DNA of 58,424 nucleotides from Octopus bimaculoides (Eukaryota). Below the pieces are notes generated by a model that was not told the DNA's origin, ran no database searches, and saw only the letters and a program-made list of their open reading frames with translations. The stretch is taken from positions 34,874,426 through 34,932,849 of the forward strand of contig NC_068982.1 in NCBI RefSeq assembly GCF_001194135.2, read 5' to 3'. Made by a program: the position numbers and the translations under genes. Shown piece after piece: positions 1 through 11,496 of this stretch (positions within the stretch are counted from its first letter, which is position 1; every line of letters starts with the position of its first letter).

Positions 1-361
1 ACAACGAGTTTCTCTGCCCTAGGTGTACGGAAAACACTCGGCGAGAAATGGAAGAAAATTTGAAGAAAGAAGAAAGAAAAAACGACATAATAATAATAAT
101 AGAAATATATTAAAAAAAAAGTAATGAACATAAAATGCTTGAACAACGAAGAGTAAACGTTGTGATTTCCTGTTCACTTCTTGGTTTTTGTCTTCTTTTT
201 TTTTTTACCTTGATTTTCTTGTGACATTAGTTGGATTATCCAGTATGTTGCTAATGCATTTTGTCCGGATTGTGATGGATTTATCTATATCCCTTTGCGT
301 AACAACGGTTTTGTATTTCAACGTACACATATTTCCTGCTCTGCTTTTCCTAAGAAAGATG

Positions 362-470
362 TGACGATGATGATAATGATGATGATGATGATGATGATGA
401 TAATGATGATGATGATGATGATGATGATTGTGGTGGTGGTGGTGATGATGATGATGGTGATAACGATGAC
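362..470. repeat. (GAT)n/(GGT)n trinucleotide microsatellite
   Basis: Directly visible; explains the poly-Met ORF 295..516. Confidence 0.95.
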
Positions 471-726
471 GCCAACGGCGATGATGACTACGCGATGTTC
501 ATGGCAATGCTGGTGATGGTGGTTGTATGAGGTGAGTGAGTTTTGGTAACGGTATTTTTTTTTGCGGGTACTTAGGATTACGCGATCTAATTTCTAAGTT
601 TTAGGGATAGTGATTCTGAAAGGATTCGCCGAGACTTTAGTAGATTTATACTAACGAATGGACGTCTTGAAATACATAAGTATGGTTAATATAACTAAAC
701 AAGGAATAGTGCCTTATGAGCTCATC

Positions 727-852
727 TCATATGGGCGCTTGCTGCATAAAAGCACAATCGCAGATCATAGCAGATGAAATTCGTCTGTCATGGGCGCCGT
801 AATTCCCATATCCTGTGATTTCGGTCTCTTGGAGCTCATCAGTCAAATATCG
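727..852 (-). CDS. Candidate terminal exon of an unidentified minus-strand gene (RYLTDELQETEITGYGNYGAHDRRISSAMICDCAFMQQAPI*)
   Basis: Acceptor tattctatatattgtgacag; only the phase-0 frame is open (41 codons then TGA at 729-727); phase matches candidate exon 4127-4259. Confidence 0.35.
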   Translation of the reverse strand, partial: RYLTDELQETEITGYGNYGAHDRRISSAMICDCAFMQQAPI

Positions 853-1277
853 CTGTCACAATATATAGAATATCAGTATTTTTTCAGAAGCTGGTGTCGC
901 AAATAAGCAGCAGGCTTATTTAAAATGAATTATTAGCTTCCGTTGCTAATAATTGATTTTTAAAGAAGGAATGTTTTCTTTTAAATACTTGTTTCTAAAC
1001 ATTTGTATTTCAAACTTTGGAGGTGTACTTGCCATACAGATGATTTGATCTGAGATCATGTGTTGAAACTAAAACGATTGAAACGTGAATGACACATATT
1101 AACCAATCATAAACACATGAAGACTATTGACTTCACATAACCAATTATCATTAAGTGTCAAAATTTTCGAGCTGCGACCTGGTCACCGACAAGATTATTC
1201 TGCATTGCAATCATGTCAGTAACCAAGTAGCAGTTGATGCGTATTTTACGCAGGCAGACCCTCATAACCATTTATGA

Positions 1278-1540
1278 AAGCGCGTGGTTTAACGGTCAGA
1301 GTGATGGACTCATGATTGTAAGATTGTGGTTTTCATTTCTGGACCGGACGACGCGTTGTGTTCTTGAGCAAAATGCTTCATTTAACGTTGCTCCAGTCCA
1401 CTCAGCTGGCAAAATTGAGTAAACTTGCAACGGACTGGTGTCCCGTCCAGGTGGAGAATATATAGACTATAAAACCGGGAAACCGGGAGAATATATATGC
1501 TATGAAACCCTTATGAGTCAGCATGAATTGAGAAGGTAAC
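1278..1540 (+). mobile_element. tRNA-head SINE-like element, family D (CORE-like ttgagcaa...cagtccactcagctggcaaaa segment)
   Basis: A-box-like gcgtggtttaacggtcag, degenerate B-box, central segment shared with copies at 11625, 13662 and 56914. Confidence 0.7.
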
Positions 1541-1579
1541 TTTATCTTACCTGACTTTACCATGGCCAAACTATAAGAT

Positions 1580-1752
1580 GCTTAAAACATCTTATAGTTT
1601 TATGATTAAATATTATCAGGAATTATATTTTTTAAAATTGTTGAAATATTTTGTGTATTGTAGAAATATAACCAGTTTTTTGCACATCATCTTTAACGAT
1701 AAAATCGAATTTGGACCCCTAAGGATCATATGGATCCCGTTAAGAAACACTG
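1580..1752 (+). mobile_element. hAT-type MITE, 5'-truncated copy
   Basis: Aligns by eye with 21900-22054 (aaatataacca...tgcaca...tggacccc); ends in degenerate TIR gttaagaaacactg. Confidence 0.6.
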
Positions 1753-2023
1753 CTCTATACTTCCACTCGGATTGCTAAAAATAGCAAGTGAATTTCTTTC
1801 CAATTATACCTTGCCGAATTAAAAAAAAAAGAAGGAGGATATAAATCATGCAATCTTGCCATTAACATAAAAAGAAACAGCATGGAAGACACTGGAAATG
1901 AAAGACACTGGAAGTTCTTCAATAATAGATCTGTTCGCTTAGTGGGGCAAGACAACAATAGGCACATTAACACACAATTACACACGCGCGCGCGTGCAGA
2001 TACGGATTAAGGCCTCACCTCAC

Positions 2024-2243
2024 ACAGGGGCGTGCTGAGAAGTTCCTGGCTTTAAGGATGTCACGAAAGGCCTTGTTGGAGACCCAACCTTCTGAGTTAT
2101 TTTATAAGGCTTAGGAAAACTAACGGGCTGCTGCAATAAGTGTGTGAATCTGAGAGGGGAACATGTTGAATAAAATCATAATTAATTTATCCTCCTGTAT
2201 TTTCTTTTACTCAAAACGAGGAACTTTTCAACATTCCTTCATA
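2024..2243 (+). mobile_element. ~220 bp mariner-derived MITE, copy 1
   Basis: TIR-like ends ggggcgtgctgagaagttcctggcttt / aaaacgaggaacttttcaacattccttc; homologous to 16191-16413 and 53979-54198. Confidence 0.85.
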
Positions 2244-2289
2244 TATATATAGACACATGATTAGAAACACGCACAGCTACATGTATGCA

Positions 2290-3060
2290 TTCAAGAAAAC
2301 ACACGCAAACATGGAATCAAACTGATATGCACTCATATAATATACATGCATACTTGCAACCATACACATGCACACTCACTCACACATATACACTTGGACA
2401 CTGAAACAGATACACACACTTGAACACACACACGCATGGACAGACACACACACATATGGATACACACACATACCAGCACAAAGACAAACATGCACACACA
2501 CGCGCACAGACTAACACTCCCGAGCACACAAACATATACACACAGACATCCACACACATATGGATACATACATACACATGGATACACACATACACACACA
2601 CGAAAGCACGCAGAAAAACATACACACACACGCACACAGACAAGCACACACAAGCACAAACAAATATAAACACACACAGACCCACGTACATATGGACACA
2701 CACACAGACAAACATACACACAAGCACACAGACGATCATACACACACAAGGACACAGACAAATACACACACACACACAGAAACAAATTTACTTTCACTTA
2801 TTCAGGCACACACGCATACACACATACATAAATACATACATACATACATACATACAAACGTACACTCAAGCAGTTTTTACTCACGAATGCACAAATATGC
2901 CTAAAACCACAAACACACTTTCACTCATATACTCACACGCACATCTACACTCACGCTCAGAAAAGCACTTACATAGCTATATATACATATATATGCGCGC
3001 AACAACGCTGTCATATATATTCAAGTGTACGCTGACTCCCTCACACTCTCACACACAATC
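2290..3060. repeat. Degenerate (CA)n-rich low-complexity tract
   Basis: Directly visible; source of the HT/CV-rich spurious ORFs. Confidence 0.95.
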
Positions 3061-3482
3061 ACTCATAAAAACGGTAACTGGTCGGCCGTCTCAAACCTGA
3101 CAAGACGTTTGTCGACACCAGATGTGATGGAACGACTGGAAGTCTTCCCGATTCAAGACACAGTACGTACACAACCACACACAAACGAACACACGCACAC
3201 TTACACACACAGAAAAAGAAAAAGAAGAAACATAAGAGAGAGACAGAGATAGACAAAGATAGAGAGAGAGAGAGGGAAGGGCTAGAGGGATTGCATGGTT
3301 GGACAGTCGGATTAATGGTTAAAACCGTAAAATGCATCCGCGCAGCACACATATATGTTTGTTGCGCGTACTTGTGGATATGAAGTGACAATGTGCATGT
3401 ATGTGTATATATGCGCGTCTATGTATGTACGTACATATATGTGTATATGTGTAAAGGTGTGTGCGTGTGCGTATCTCCCCCC

Positions 3483-3540
<58 letters not shown>

Positions 3541-3569
3541 CTGCCTTGATATATTTATATATTTTTTAT

Positions 3570-3966
3570 CCTTTATCTTTTGCTTGCTTCATCCATTAGA
3601 CTGCTGCCGTGCTAGGGCACCGCCTTGAATTTTTAGTCGAATGAATCGACTCCAGGACTTACCATATTTTTTTCTTAAGCCTGGTACTTCTTCTATCTGT
3701 CACTTTGCGGAACCGCTAAGTTACGGGGGACGTAAACACACCAACACCATTTGTCAAGCGGTGGGGTTGGGGTGGGGAAGGAAACACAGACACAAAAGCG
3801 TATACCAATGGATACAAATATATAGACATACATACGACCGTTTCCGTCTACCAAATCCACTCACGAGGCTATAGAAGAAAACATGCCCAAGGTGTCACAC
3901 AGAAGGACTGAATGCGGAACCATGGTTGGAAAGCAAGCTTCTTACCACAGAGCCACTCCTGCGCCT
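3570..3966 (-). mobile_element. tRNA-head SINE, family A (internal microsatellite; resembles the octopus OR-type SINEs as I recall them)
   Basis: Reverse complement begins aggcgcaggagtggctctgtggtaagaagcttgc, contains caccttgggca and gtgagtggatttggtagacggaaa, and has the family tail; colinear with 7260-7640. Confidence 0.85.
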
Positions 3967-4126
3967 ATCCACACAATCACGCCTGCGCTTGTATATGTAT
4001 AGCTTTGATATGTCTTCAAGTTTACGTAGAGTGCCTCCACCAATGATATTAATGAAGATGAGTCGTCTTCGTGGATGAGTAATCTTCGTTTTCGATTCGG
4101 TTGCCGAAGTCTTTGAAATATCGCAC

Positions 4127-4259
4127 CTGATATGGCTTGCTATTCAACACGATAGCAATGACCAGAAAAGTGTCCCCTGCATTGAGTGGATGTGATAATA
4201 CAGGATGTAATTTCAATAAATTTATAAGAGATGAGAATGACATTATGCTGATGATCACA
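4127..4259 (-). CDS. Candidate internal exon (VIISIMSFSSLINLLKLHPVLSHPLNAGDTFLVIAIVLNSKPYQ)
   Basis: Acceptor gtgtttctatctcag, donor cag|gtgcga; 133 nt; only the phase 2-to-0 frame is open. Confidence 0.35.
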
Positions 4260-4432
4260 CTGAGATAGAAACACTTGTCCACAGTTACTGTCCAAAACGG
4301 AAATCAGATTGTTTCTTCTCTTTGCATATTAATTTTTTGAGACTTCATTCTCACATTTTAAAATTATCGAGTACCTTGTTATTTCCCTTGCATACCCCGA
4401 TTTGGGAGCCTCCTAACGCGGAGGTTACTCAC

Positions 4433-4526
4433 CGGATCGTTGCTACTTCTGCTGCTTTATCTTGTTTGTTTTTGTTGAGTAGCTTTTCATAGTTCCGCTT
4501 GAAAAGATATATGTCACGAAGATAAA
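4433..4526 (-). CDS. Candidate internal exon (YLRDIYLFKRNYEKLLNKNKQDKAAEVATIR)
   Basis: Acceptor actttgttctgtag, donor cg|gtgagt; 94 nt; only the phase 1-to-2 frame is open. Confidence 0.4.
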
Positions 4527-5763
4527 CTACAGAACAAAGTGTTCTAATAAGCAATGAGGTTTTCACATTTAGCGTTCATAAACATCTGAAAGANNNNNNN
4601 NNNNNNNNNNNNNNNNNNNNNNNNNNNNNNNNNNNNNNNNNNNNNNNNNNNNNNNNNNNNNNNNNNNNNNNNNNNNNNNNNNNNNNNNNNNNNNNNNNNN
4701 NNNNNNNNNNNNNNNNNNNNNNNNNNNNNNNNNNNNNNNNNNNNNNNNNNNNNNNNNNNNNNNNNNNNNNNNNNNNNNNNNNNNNNNNNNNNNNNNNNNN
4801 NNNNNNNNNNNNNNNNNNNNNNNNNNNNNNNNNNNNNNNNNNNNNNNNNNNNNNNNNNNNNNNNNNNNNNNNNNNNNNNNNNNNNNNNNNNNNNNNNNNN
4901 NNNNNNNNNNNNNNNNNNNNNNNNNNNNNNNNNNNNNNNNNNNNNNNNNNNNNNNNNNNNNNNNNNNNNNNNNNNNNNNNNNNNNAAAGAGTATATATAT
5001 ATATATATATTTTTTTTTTTCTTTTTCTAAATTTTCTTTTTCTAGTTTTATCACTTAGTTTCACCAAAGTTTTAATAAAGAACATTGAAAGTTAGGGGAC
5101 AAGGAAACAGAATGGAATTTATTTAAGACACGAGCAATTCTTCTTATTTGGTCAGAAGATAAATCAGGACAACGCTGCTCTAATTAAGCATAACATTATG
5201 TTCCAAATGATAAATTTTGCTCTCATTTCTTGCAAAACAGGGGCAACTTTTCTCACACCCATTTCTCATTTCGAGAACCATTTTATTCTAAGAACAGGTT
5301 AAAGAAATATGATAAAAAGAACAACAACAAAAAGGAGTTTGTATAAAACAAAATATCACAATTAGTGACATCTGGTGACCATATTGAATCCATCTTTTTA
5401 AAACTGTAACAATATGAGAGAAAGAGGTATTAATTTTTATACATTAAGAATGTTCAGCACAGACAGAAATTCAGACTACATTAAAAACATACATTATTAT
5501 GCTTACGTAATTCTTTGAAGAAACTTTTGTGCATCTATGCAAAATATTTTTCTCAGTTGTATATGTTTATATGTACCCATTGATAAAAGAATATCCTTGT
5601 AATGACAACATTTCTGTTTTCATATATATTTTTCATAACTGCGTCTACTAATGATTCTGTATAGTTATGAGAGCATATGCCGATATGTGTGTACTAATAC
5701 AATTTGTGTGTGTATGTGTGTGCGTGTGTATGTGTGTGCGTGTGTATATGTGTATTTATGTGA

Positions 5764-5804
<41 letters not shown>

Positions 5805-6671
5805 TTCATATACACACATGTAAAACTCTCTNNNNNNNNNNNNNNNNNNNNNNNNNNNNNNNNNNNNNNNNNNNNNNNNNNNNNNNNNNNNNNNNNNNNN
5901 NNNNNNNNNNNNNNNNNNNNNNNNNNNNNNNNNNNNNNNNNNNNNNNNNNNNNNNNNNNNNNNNNNNNNNNNNNNNNNNNNNNNNNNNNNNNNNNNNNNN
6001 NNNNNNNNNNNNNNNNNNNNNNNNNNNNNNNNNNNNNNNNNNNNNNNNNNNNNNNNNNNNNNNNNNNNNNNNNNNNNNNNNNNNNNNNNNNNNNNNNNNN
6101 NNNNNNNNNNNNNNNNNNNNNNNNNNNNNNNNNNNNNNNNNNNNNNNNNNNNNNNNNNNNNNNNNNNNNNNNNNNNNNNNNNNNNNNNNNNNNNNNNNNN
6201 NNNNNNNNNNNNNNNNNNNNNNNNNNNNNNNNNNNNNNTATATATATATATATATATATACATACATACACACACACACAGATATCTATATACACTGATA
6301 TAAGTCGACTACCTTTCCATCAATTTAAGATTCCTGCTGGAGCGGCATATCAAACAAAGAACTGATTTACGCACGCACGAACACACAAACACACACATGC
6401 ACACACACATACGCGCGCTCGCGCGCATGCACGCACACACATGCAGACGAACGCGTATGTATGTGTATAAATATGTGTGCATATGTATGCATGTATGCAT
6501 GTAGGTACGTCCGCATGTACGTCTGTAGGCAGCTATCTATCTGTGGAAGAGTATGTTACTGCCTGCATGACTATCAGTGTGTGTTTGCATGTATGTGTGC
6601 GTGTGTACGTGCGTGCGTATATGTGAGTGTATATACGTGTTTGTATGAGTGTGTGTGTATGTGCATATGTT

Positions 6672-6713
<42 letters not shown>

Positions 6714-6984
6714 ATGATATGTATGCGTGAAGAGTGAGAAAAGGTGTGTAGTTAATTTTCATAATCAATTTGCGGTTCCACCTAAATGACATCTTTTTAC
6801 TGTGATTTTCTCTCAAATTCATATCTGTAGGCTTGAAACAATTACAGTTGTTTTTATCCCCTAAGGTCAGTCCTGATAGAATAGATCTATGATGAAAGCC
6901 TTCTAGCCGTGGCCATCCATCTTTATTATATATATCAAGAATTATTTTCTTTAATTATCCTTCCTCGTGACTAACTGGCTCCAG

Positions 6985-7260
6985 TGCCATGTATAACAGC
7001 AAATACGTTTAAATTAGAAATGTGAAGGTTATCTCTACAGGTTTCCTATTGAAATTATAGCCGGCACTGATTTTTGTTACGACATTTCGTATCCGAATAA
7101 GTCTAATGTAAGCAACGATGCGATCGAAGATGGAAAAATAGGTAATAGGCAAAATGGCAACATTAAGTAATGGGTGTATATGCATATTTTAGGAGTTGTT
7201 GCTCTTTCATCCGCACCACATCCAATCCATGAACCATCCACACGCATATTGCTTAAACAG
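6985..7260 (-). mobile_element. Interspersed repeat, possibly a Penelope-like terminal fragment; inverted partner of 7765-7985
   Basis: Its reverse complement aligns with 7765-7985 (gtttaagcaat...gtggatggtt...ggatgtggt...gagcaacaactcct...tacacccattactta). The family call is inference. Confidence 0.55.
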
Positions 7261-7640
7261 TCTGTGTTGTAAGTAGTTTGCTTACCAACCACATGGTTCC
7301 GGGTTCAGTCCCACTGTGTGGCACCTTGGGCAAGTGTCTTCTATTATAGCCTCGGGCCGACCAAAGCCTTGTGAGTGGATTTGGTAGACGGAAACTGAAA
7401 GAAGCCTGTCGTATATATGTATATATATATGCATGTGTGTGTATATGTTTGTGTGTCTGTGTTTGCCCCCCCCCCCCACCAACATCGCTTGACAACCGAT
7501 GATGGTTCGGCAAAAGTGAAACGATAGAATAAGTACTAGGCTTCCAAAGAATAAGACCTGGGGTCGATTTTCTCGACTAAAGGCGGTGCTCCAGCATGGC
7601 CGCAGTCAAATGACTGAAACAAATAAAAGAGTAAAAGAGT
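7260..7640 (+). mobile_element. tRNA-head SINE, family A, near full length
   Basis: B-box-like ggttccgggttcagtccc, gcaccttgggcaagtgtctt segment, internal (TG)n, tail gcatggccgcagtcaaatgactgaaac...aaaagagtaaaagag. Confidence 0.9.
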
Positions 7641-7764
7641 ATTGTTGCATAACGAAACACGGTGTCCCTACAAGTAATTAATATGTACGTACAAGCTGCC
7701 AGTAATGTGTTTAATATGTAAAAATGGTATATGCAATAATGTTACAACGCTATATTTAGTGACT

Positions 7765-7985
7765 GTTTAAGCAATGTTTTCGTGGATGGTTAATAGGTTG
7801 GATGTGGTACTGAAGAAGGAGCAACAACTCCTGAAATATGCATGTACACCCATTACTTATTTTGCCATTTTCGATCACATTATTGTTTACACTAGACGTT
7901 TTCGGATACGAAACGTCGTAACAAAATCAGAGATCTAACCTTAACATGTGATTTAATAGCACTGCTAGCATAGTAGGGCACAGTA
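7765..7985 (+). mobile_element. Second copy of the 6985-7260 repeat, opposite orientation
   Basis: Visible homology to the reverse complement of 6985-7260. Confidence 0.55.
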
Positions 7986-8135
7986 TTGACTTATAAATCG
8001 TTCAATGAAATTTCTAGTATACTATGGTTGCATAATGAAATACGGTGTTCCTATAAGTGTTAAATTAGAAGTGATGTCACATCAGACCTGTATAGACAGT
8101 ATAATTTGCATGTACGTAAGGGCGGATGAACTCAC

Positions 8136-8331
8136 AAAAGTCATCGGTTATCCAATACTGTGTACGCAAGCTTAATGCTATTTCTGCTGTAGTTCCTGCA
8201 CCAACAACCAACAATTGTCGACGAGCTGGTGACTTTGATGCAACAGTGGCCTTGCTGAGGACCGACACATTTTTCACAATGGACCGACACAAACCATGAG
8301 AATAGGAATGTAGGCTTGGTATACTACATTT
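8136..8331 (-). CDS. Candidate internal exon (KCSIPSLHSYSHGLCRSIVKNVSVLSKATVASKSPARRQLLVVGAGTTAEIALSLRTQYWITDDF)
   Basis: Strong acceptor ttttgcattctctctccag, donor t|gtgagt; 196 nt; only the phase 0-to-1 frame is open. Confidence 0.4.
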
Positions 8332-8712
8332 CTGGAGAGAGAATGCAAAACCTACGGCAGCAAATAATGTTGGCTAGTTCTTCACTTTTTTTTTGGGGAG
8401 GGGGGGGTATGTGTTATCGTTGTACACAGTGGGATTGGTTGTGTACAAGGCCTCTCCTTAGTTTAAAATGCATCATGCACAGGCATCACATGGTATATCA
8501 GCAAGCTCAAGCGATGGCCTTAGCTGAGAACAAACAGCCATCACGTTTATATGTATGTATGTAGGCAATTATGCGGATAAACAAATTAAATATATATGCA
8601 CGTGTGTGCGTGCGCATATGTATGCATATATATGCAAACATACATACATACATACATACATCTGTTTTCTTTGTATCGTCTGTCTAGATGTTTTGCGTTC
8701 TTGTCCCATTTT

Positions 8713-8763
<51 letters not shown>

Positions 8764-9204
8764 TCAGGATTCATGCGAAGTATGTCCTAAAATAGTAAAG
8801 CAACAAGGTCGGGTCAGCGATATTTGCTATCGCGTGCAAACATTATTTGAGGAACACATACGTACTCACTGAAGTAAACACAGATTTATTATATTCCAGG
8901 TGTATGTACAATCACAAACGGCCGACTGAATATACCACGAGCCTCAAGGCTGTACGTGGGTACAAAGACTGCGCCAGTTGTATTGCACTCAACACCCTCT
9001 AGATCTACGCTAATTCCTGGTTCCGAGAGATGCGAACAATAAATAAATAACAACCACTCATTACAGCTGTTTCAGACGTGATGAATAGAATTATTTCCTC
9101 GTGCGAAAAGGAATCGTTTTCATCAAGTGAATATATGTACGAATTAAACATTTCAAAACGTCTTAAATTCGAAAGCAAGAGCCAAATTGGGTCAAAGACT
9201 ATAT

Positions 9205-9710
9205 ATACGTGGTCTGATCAATTATCCAGGATGTTACCATACTAACAAAGCTAAAGCACGCAGAGTGAAGCACAGATTGACCTAGAACTTTGCTGTGCAT
9301 GCACACTAAGTTTTAAAGTTCTAGTTTACCTCCGCTGTTTACAGCAGTGCTTGAAATGAAGGTGTGCAGCGTGTGGTCGTCGCATTGACCATGACAGACA
9401 AGTTGAGCAGAAAATCTGCGTCAAATTTTGTCAAAAGCTTGACGATACCGGCTGAAAAAGCTACGCAAAGTTTTCAAAATGTTTTGATCGTTCTAGACAC
9501 AATCATGGAGATCTTGTGCAACTGAAAGCCAAGTATCTTTTTGGTTAGCTGAAAGCAGTTTTGGTACAAACTTGGCAGACACGCGTCTTATACCCTAATC
9601 CACAGTGATAATGGACTGAACTGAACCGTAACTAATCTGCACATTCTCTGATAATTCACGGATTGTGATTCGATGATTTCCCCTCAAATATTCACCTTAA
9701 CCATCGGGCC
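9205..9710. mobile_element. Decayed mariner fragment with an internal strand switch
   Basis: TIR-like tatacgtggtctgatcaa; plus-strand EQKICVKFCQKL (mariner N-terminal motif); minus-strand RVSAKFVPK near 9560-9590. Confidence 0.65.
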
Positions 9711-9971
9711 AAAAGAGAACATAGCACCGTTATCTGGTTGACACATCCCTTTTCACAAAACGTAATATATAATATGACAAGAGATATTATAGCCATAAAA
9801 AAGATAGCTCATCTCTAACAATCACTAACGAAGAAATTTTTCTAACAGACAGTTTTACAATATAAGTTACTCTTGTGCCATAGAAATGAAAAATATGACA
9901 TACACATACATCACTTGATAACTCATGTGATCTGGAAGAGAAAATTTATGTGATAGATGCCACTTTTACAG

Positions 9972-10018
9972 AAACACTCTAGAAGTGTCACAGAAATGGT
10001 ATGTAGGCAGAATGGAAG
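9972..10018 (+). CDS. Candidate exon of an unidentified plus-strand gene (NTLEVSQKWYVGRME)
   Basis: Acceptor gccacttttacag, consensus donor aag|gtaagt; 47 nt; the phase 2-to-1 frame is open. Confidence 0.35.
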
Positions 10019-10636
10019 GTAAGTTTAAAAGAGATTATATGACCATATTTCTTTGTTTAAAACCAAAAATTAATAAAACACGGCAAAATTAGTCATGTAC
10101 ATTTGGAAAGCTTCGAACTACACAATAAAATGGAAGCTCCCAGAACAATCCCAAGTACAAAACAGAAAATAAAGGCGTAATCGTAGACGGTATAAAATAG
10201 AAAATCCTCAGAAACATCTATAACCAAGATCTTTATGTAAACAACAGATAAGATACACTTGGGAAATGCAGATACTTCCACAAGCACACATTACGTAAGT
10301 GGAAAACATGACCTACACCGTAACAAAGTCAAATAAATACACGGACATCAGTAACTGCGTCACTTTAGGCTCTTTCTGCATTTCTTCTATACCCTGTTTC
10401 TTCTTCTAGTCATTCTCCTCCATTTTAACTTTTTTTTTTTTTTTACCAAATATATTCTTTCTTCTTCACTCTACTGGTATGTAACACATCTGTATTTCCC
10501 TTTGGACTCTTTCATCATTATTTTCTCTTACACCCTCCTTCCTTTTCCCATCCGTCTAGCTTCTTATAATTTTTAATTTTAACAACCACCCACCATCCGA
10601 ACACATGTTCCTCGTCCCATCCCATCCCCACTCAAC

Positions 10637-10715
10637 CTCCTTTAATCCCACATTCCGCAATCAATCTCTTTTAATCCTACATAACGCAATCAATCTCCTT
10701 TATCCTGCAATACCC
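10637..10715. repeat. ~29 bp minisatellite, ~2.7 copies (ctcctttaatcccacattccgcaatcaat)
   Basis: Directly visible. Confidence 0.75.
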
Positions 10716-10852
10716 AAATGACCTGTCTCGAAAGCTAAATCTTTCGCTTTACCCTAACCTTCTCAAAACAAACGTCACTGACAGTCAATTGCTGATAATT
10801 CACTCCTATTATAAAAGAAGTATTCACCTTGACGGAAGATAAAAGAAAAATA

Positions 10853-11496
10853 TCTTTTATGCTTTACTCGTTTTATTCATAAGACTGCTATTATGCTGGG
10901 GTACCACTAAAAAGGGTTTAGTCAAACAAATCGATACCAGTACTTATGTTTTTAAGCTAGATACTGATTTTATCGGTCTTTTATCCCGAAACACTAAAGA
11001 TACGAGGATGCGAGCTAATGGTTGTCAACCATTTTTTACCTGTGAATTTCCTTGATTACTATTTTATTCCGGTGGGCCCCCATAGCCATTCAATGTTTTA
11101 ACATCTAATTTTTAGAGACAGCCGTTTTCTTGCAATAAATACAGCTACAGCAAAATTCTTTCATGGACCATGAAAATAATATTATGGATCCCAAATTACT
11201 ATTTGGCATCTTCTATGGACCCTCAGGGGCCATATAAACCTTGGTTGAGAACTACTAATGTAAACAAACCAACTTCGATTGTCAAGCGTTGGTGTTGGGC
11301 AAATACAAACACAAAGGCACGCACACACATATGCGTGGGATTTTTGACTTTCCGTCTACCAAATCCACTCACAAGGCTTTGGTCGCTCCTGAGCTACAGC
11401 AGAAGATAGCTACCCAAGGTGCCACGCAATGGGACTTAACCGAAGACCACATGATTGGGAAGCAATCTTCTTAACCGCATAGTTACGTCTATGCCT
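10853..11496 (-). mobile_element. Family A SINE interrupted by a hAT-type MITE
   Basis: Tail at 10853-11015 and head/body at 11258-11496 are colinear with other family A copies. Confidence 0.8.
11016..11257 (+). mobile_element. hAT-type MITE nested in a SINE
   Basis: TIRs taatggttgtcaacc / ggttgagaactacta (consensus-like CAGTGGTTCTCAACC); flanking 8-mers atgcgagc / atgtaaac (5 of 8 identical, a possible decayed TSD). Confidence 0.7.

Noticed and set aside
814-860. Hammerhead-like string on the minus strand (tgtga-ca...ctgatga-gctccaagagacc-gaaa-tcaca)
   Set aside because: U16.1 is C, stem II is mismatched and stem I does not form. It lies inside candidate exon 727-852, where it reads LTDELQETEIT, so coincidence is more likely.
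5507-5534. 28 nt minus-strand microexon-like segment (MHKSFFKEL) with good splice signals
   Set aside because: The phase 0-to-1 reading does not fit between the phase-1 neighbours 8136 and 4526; short AG...GT matches are common in AT-rich introns.
7040-7140. Exon-like plus-strand frame FPIEIIAGTDFCYDISYPNKSNVSNDAIEDGKI
   Set aside because: Lies within a repeat that has an inverted second copy at 7765-7985; no independent support.
10093-10287. Minus-strand ORF resembling a transmembrane tail
   Set aside because: No acceptor or ATG after the upstream stop; may be the antisense of a decayed LINE fragment.
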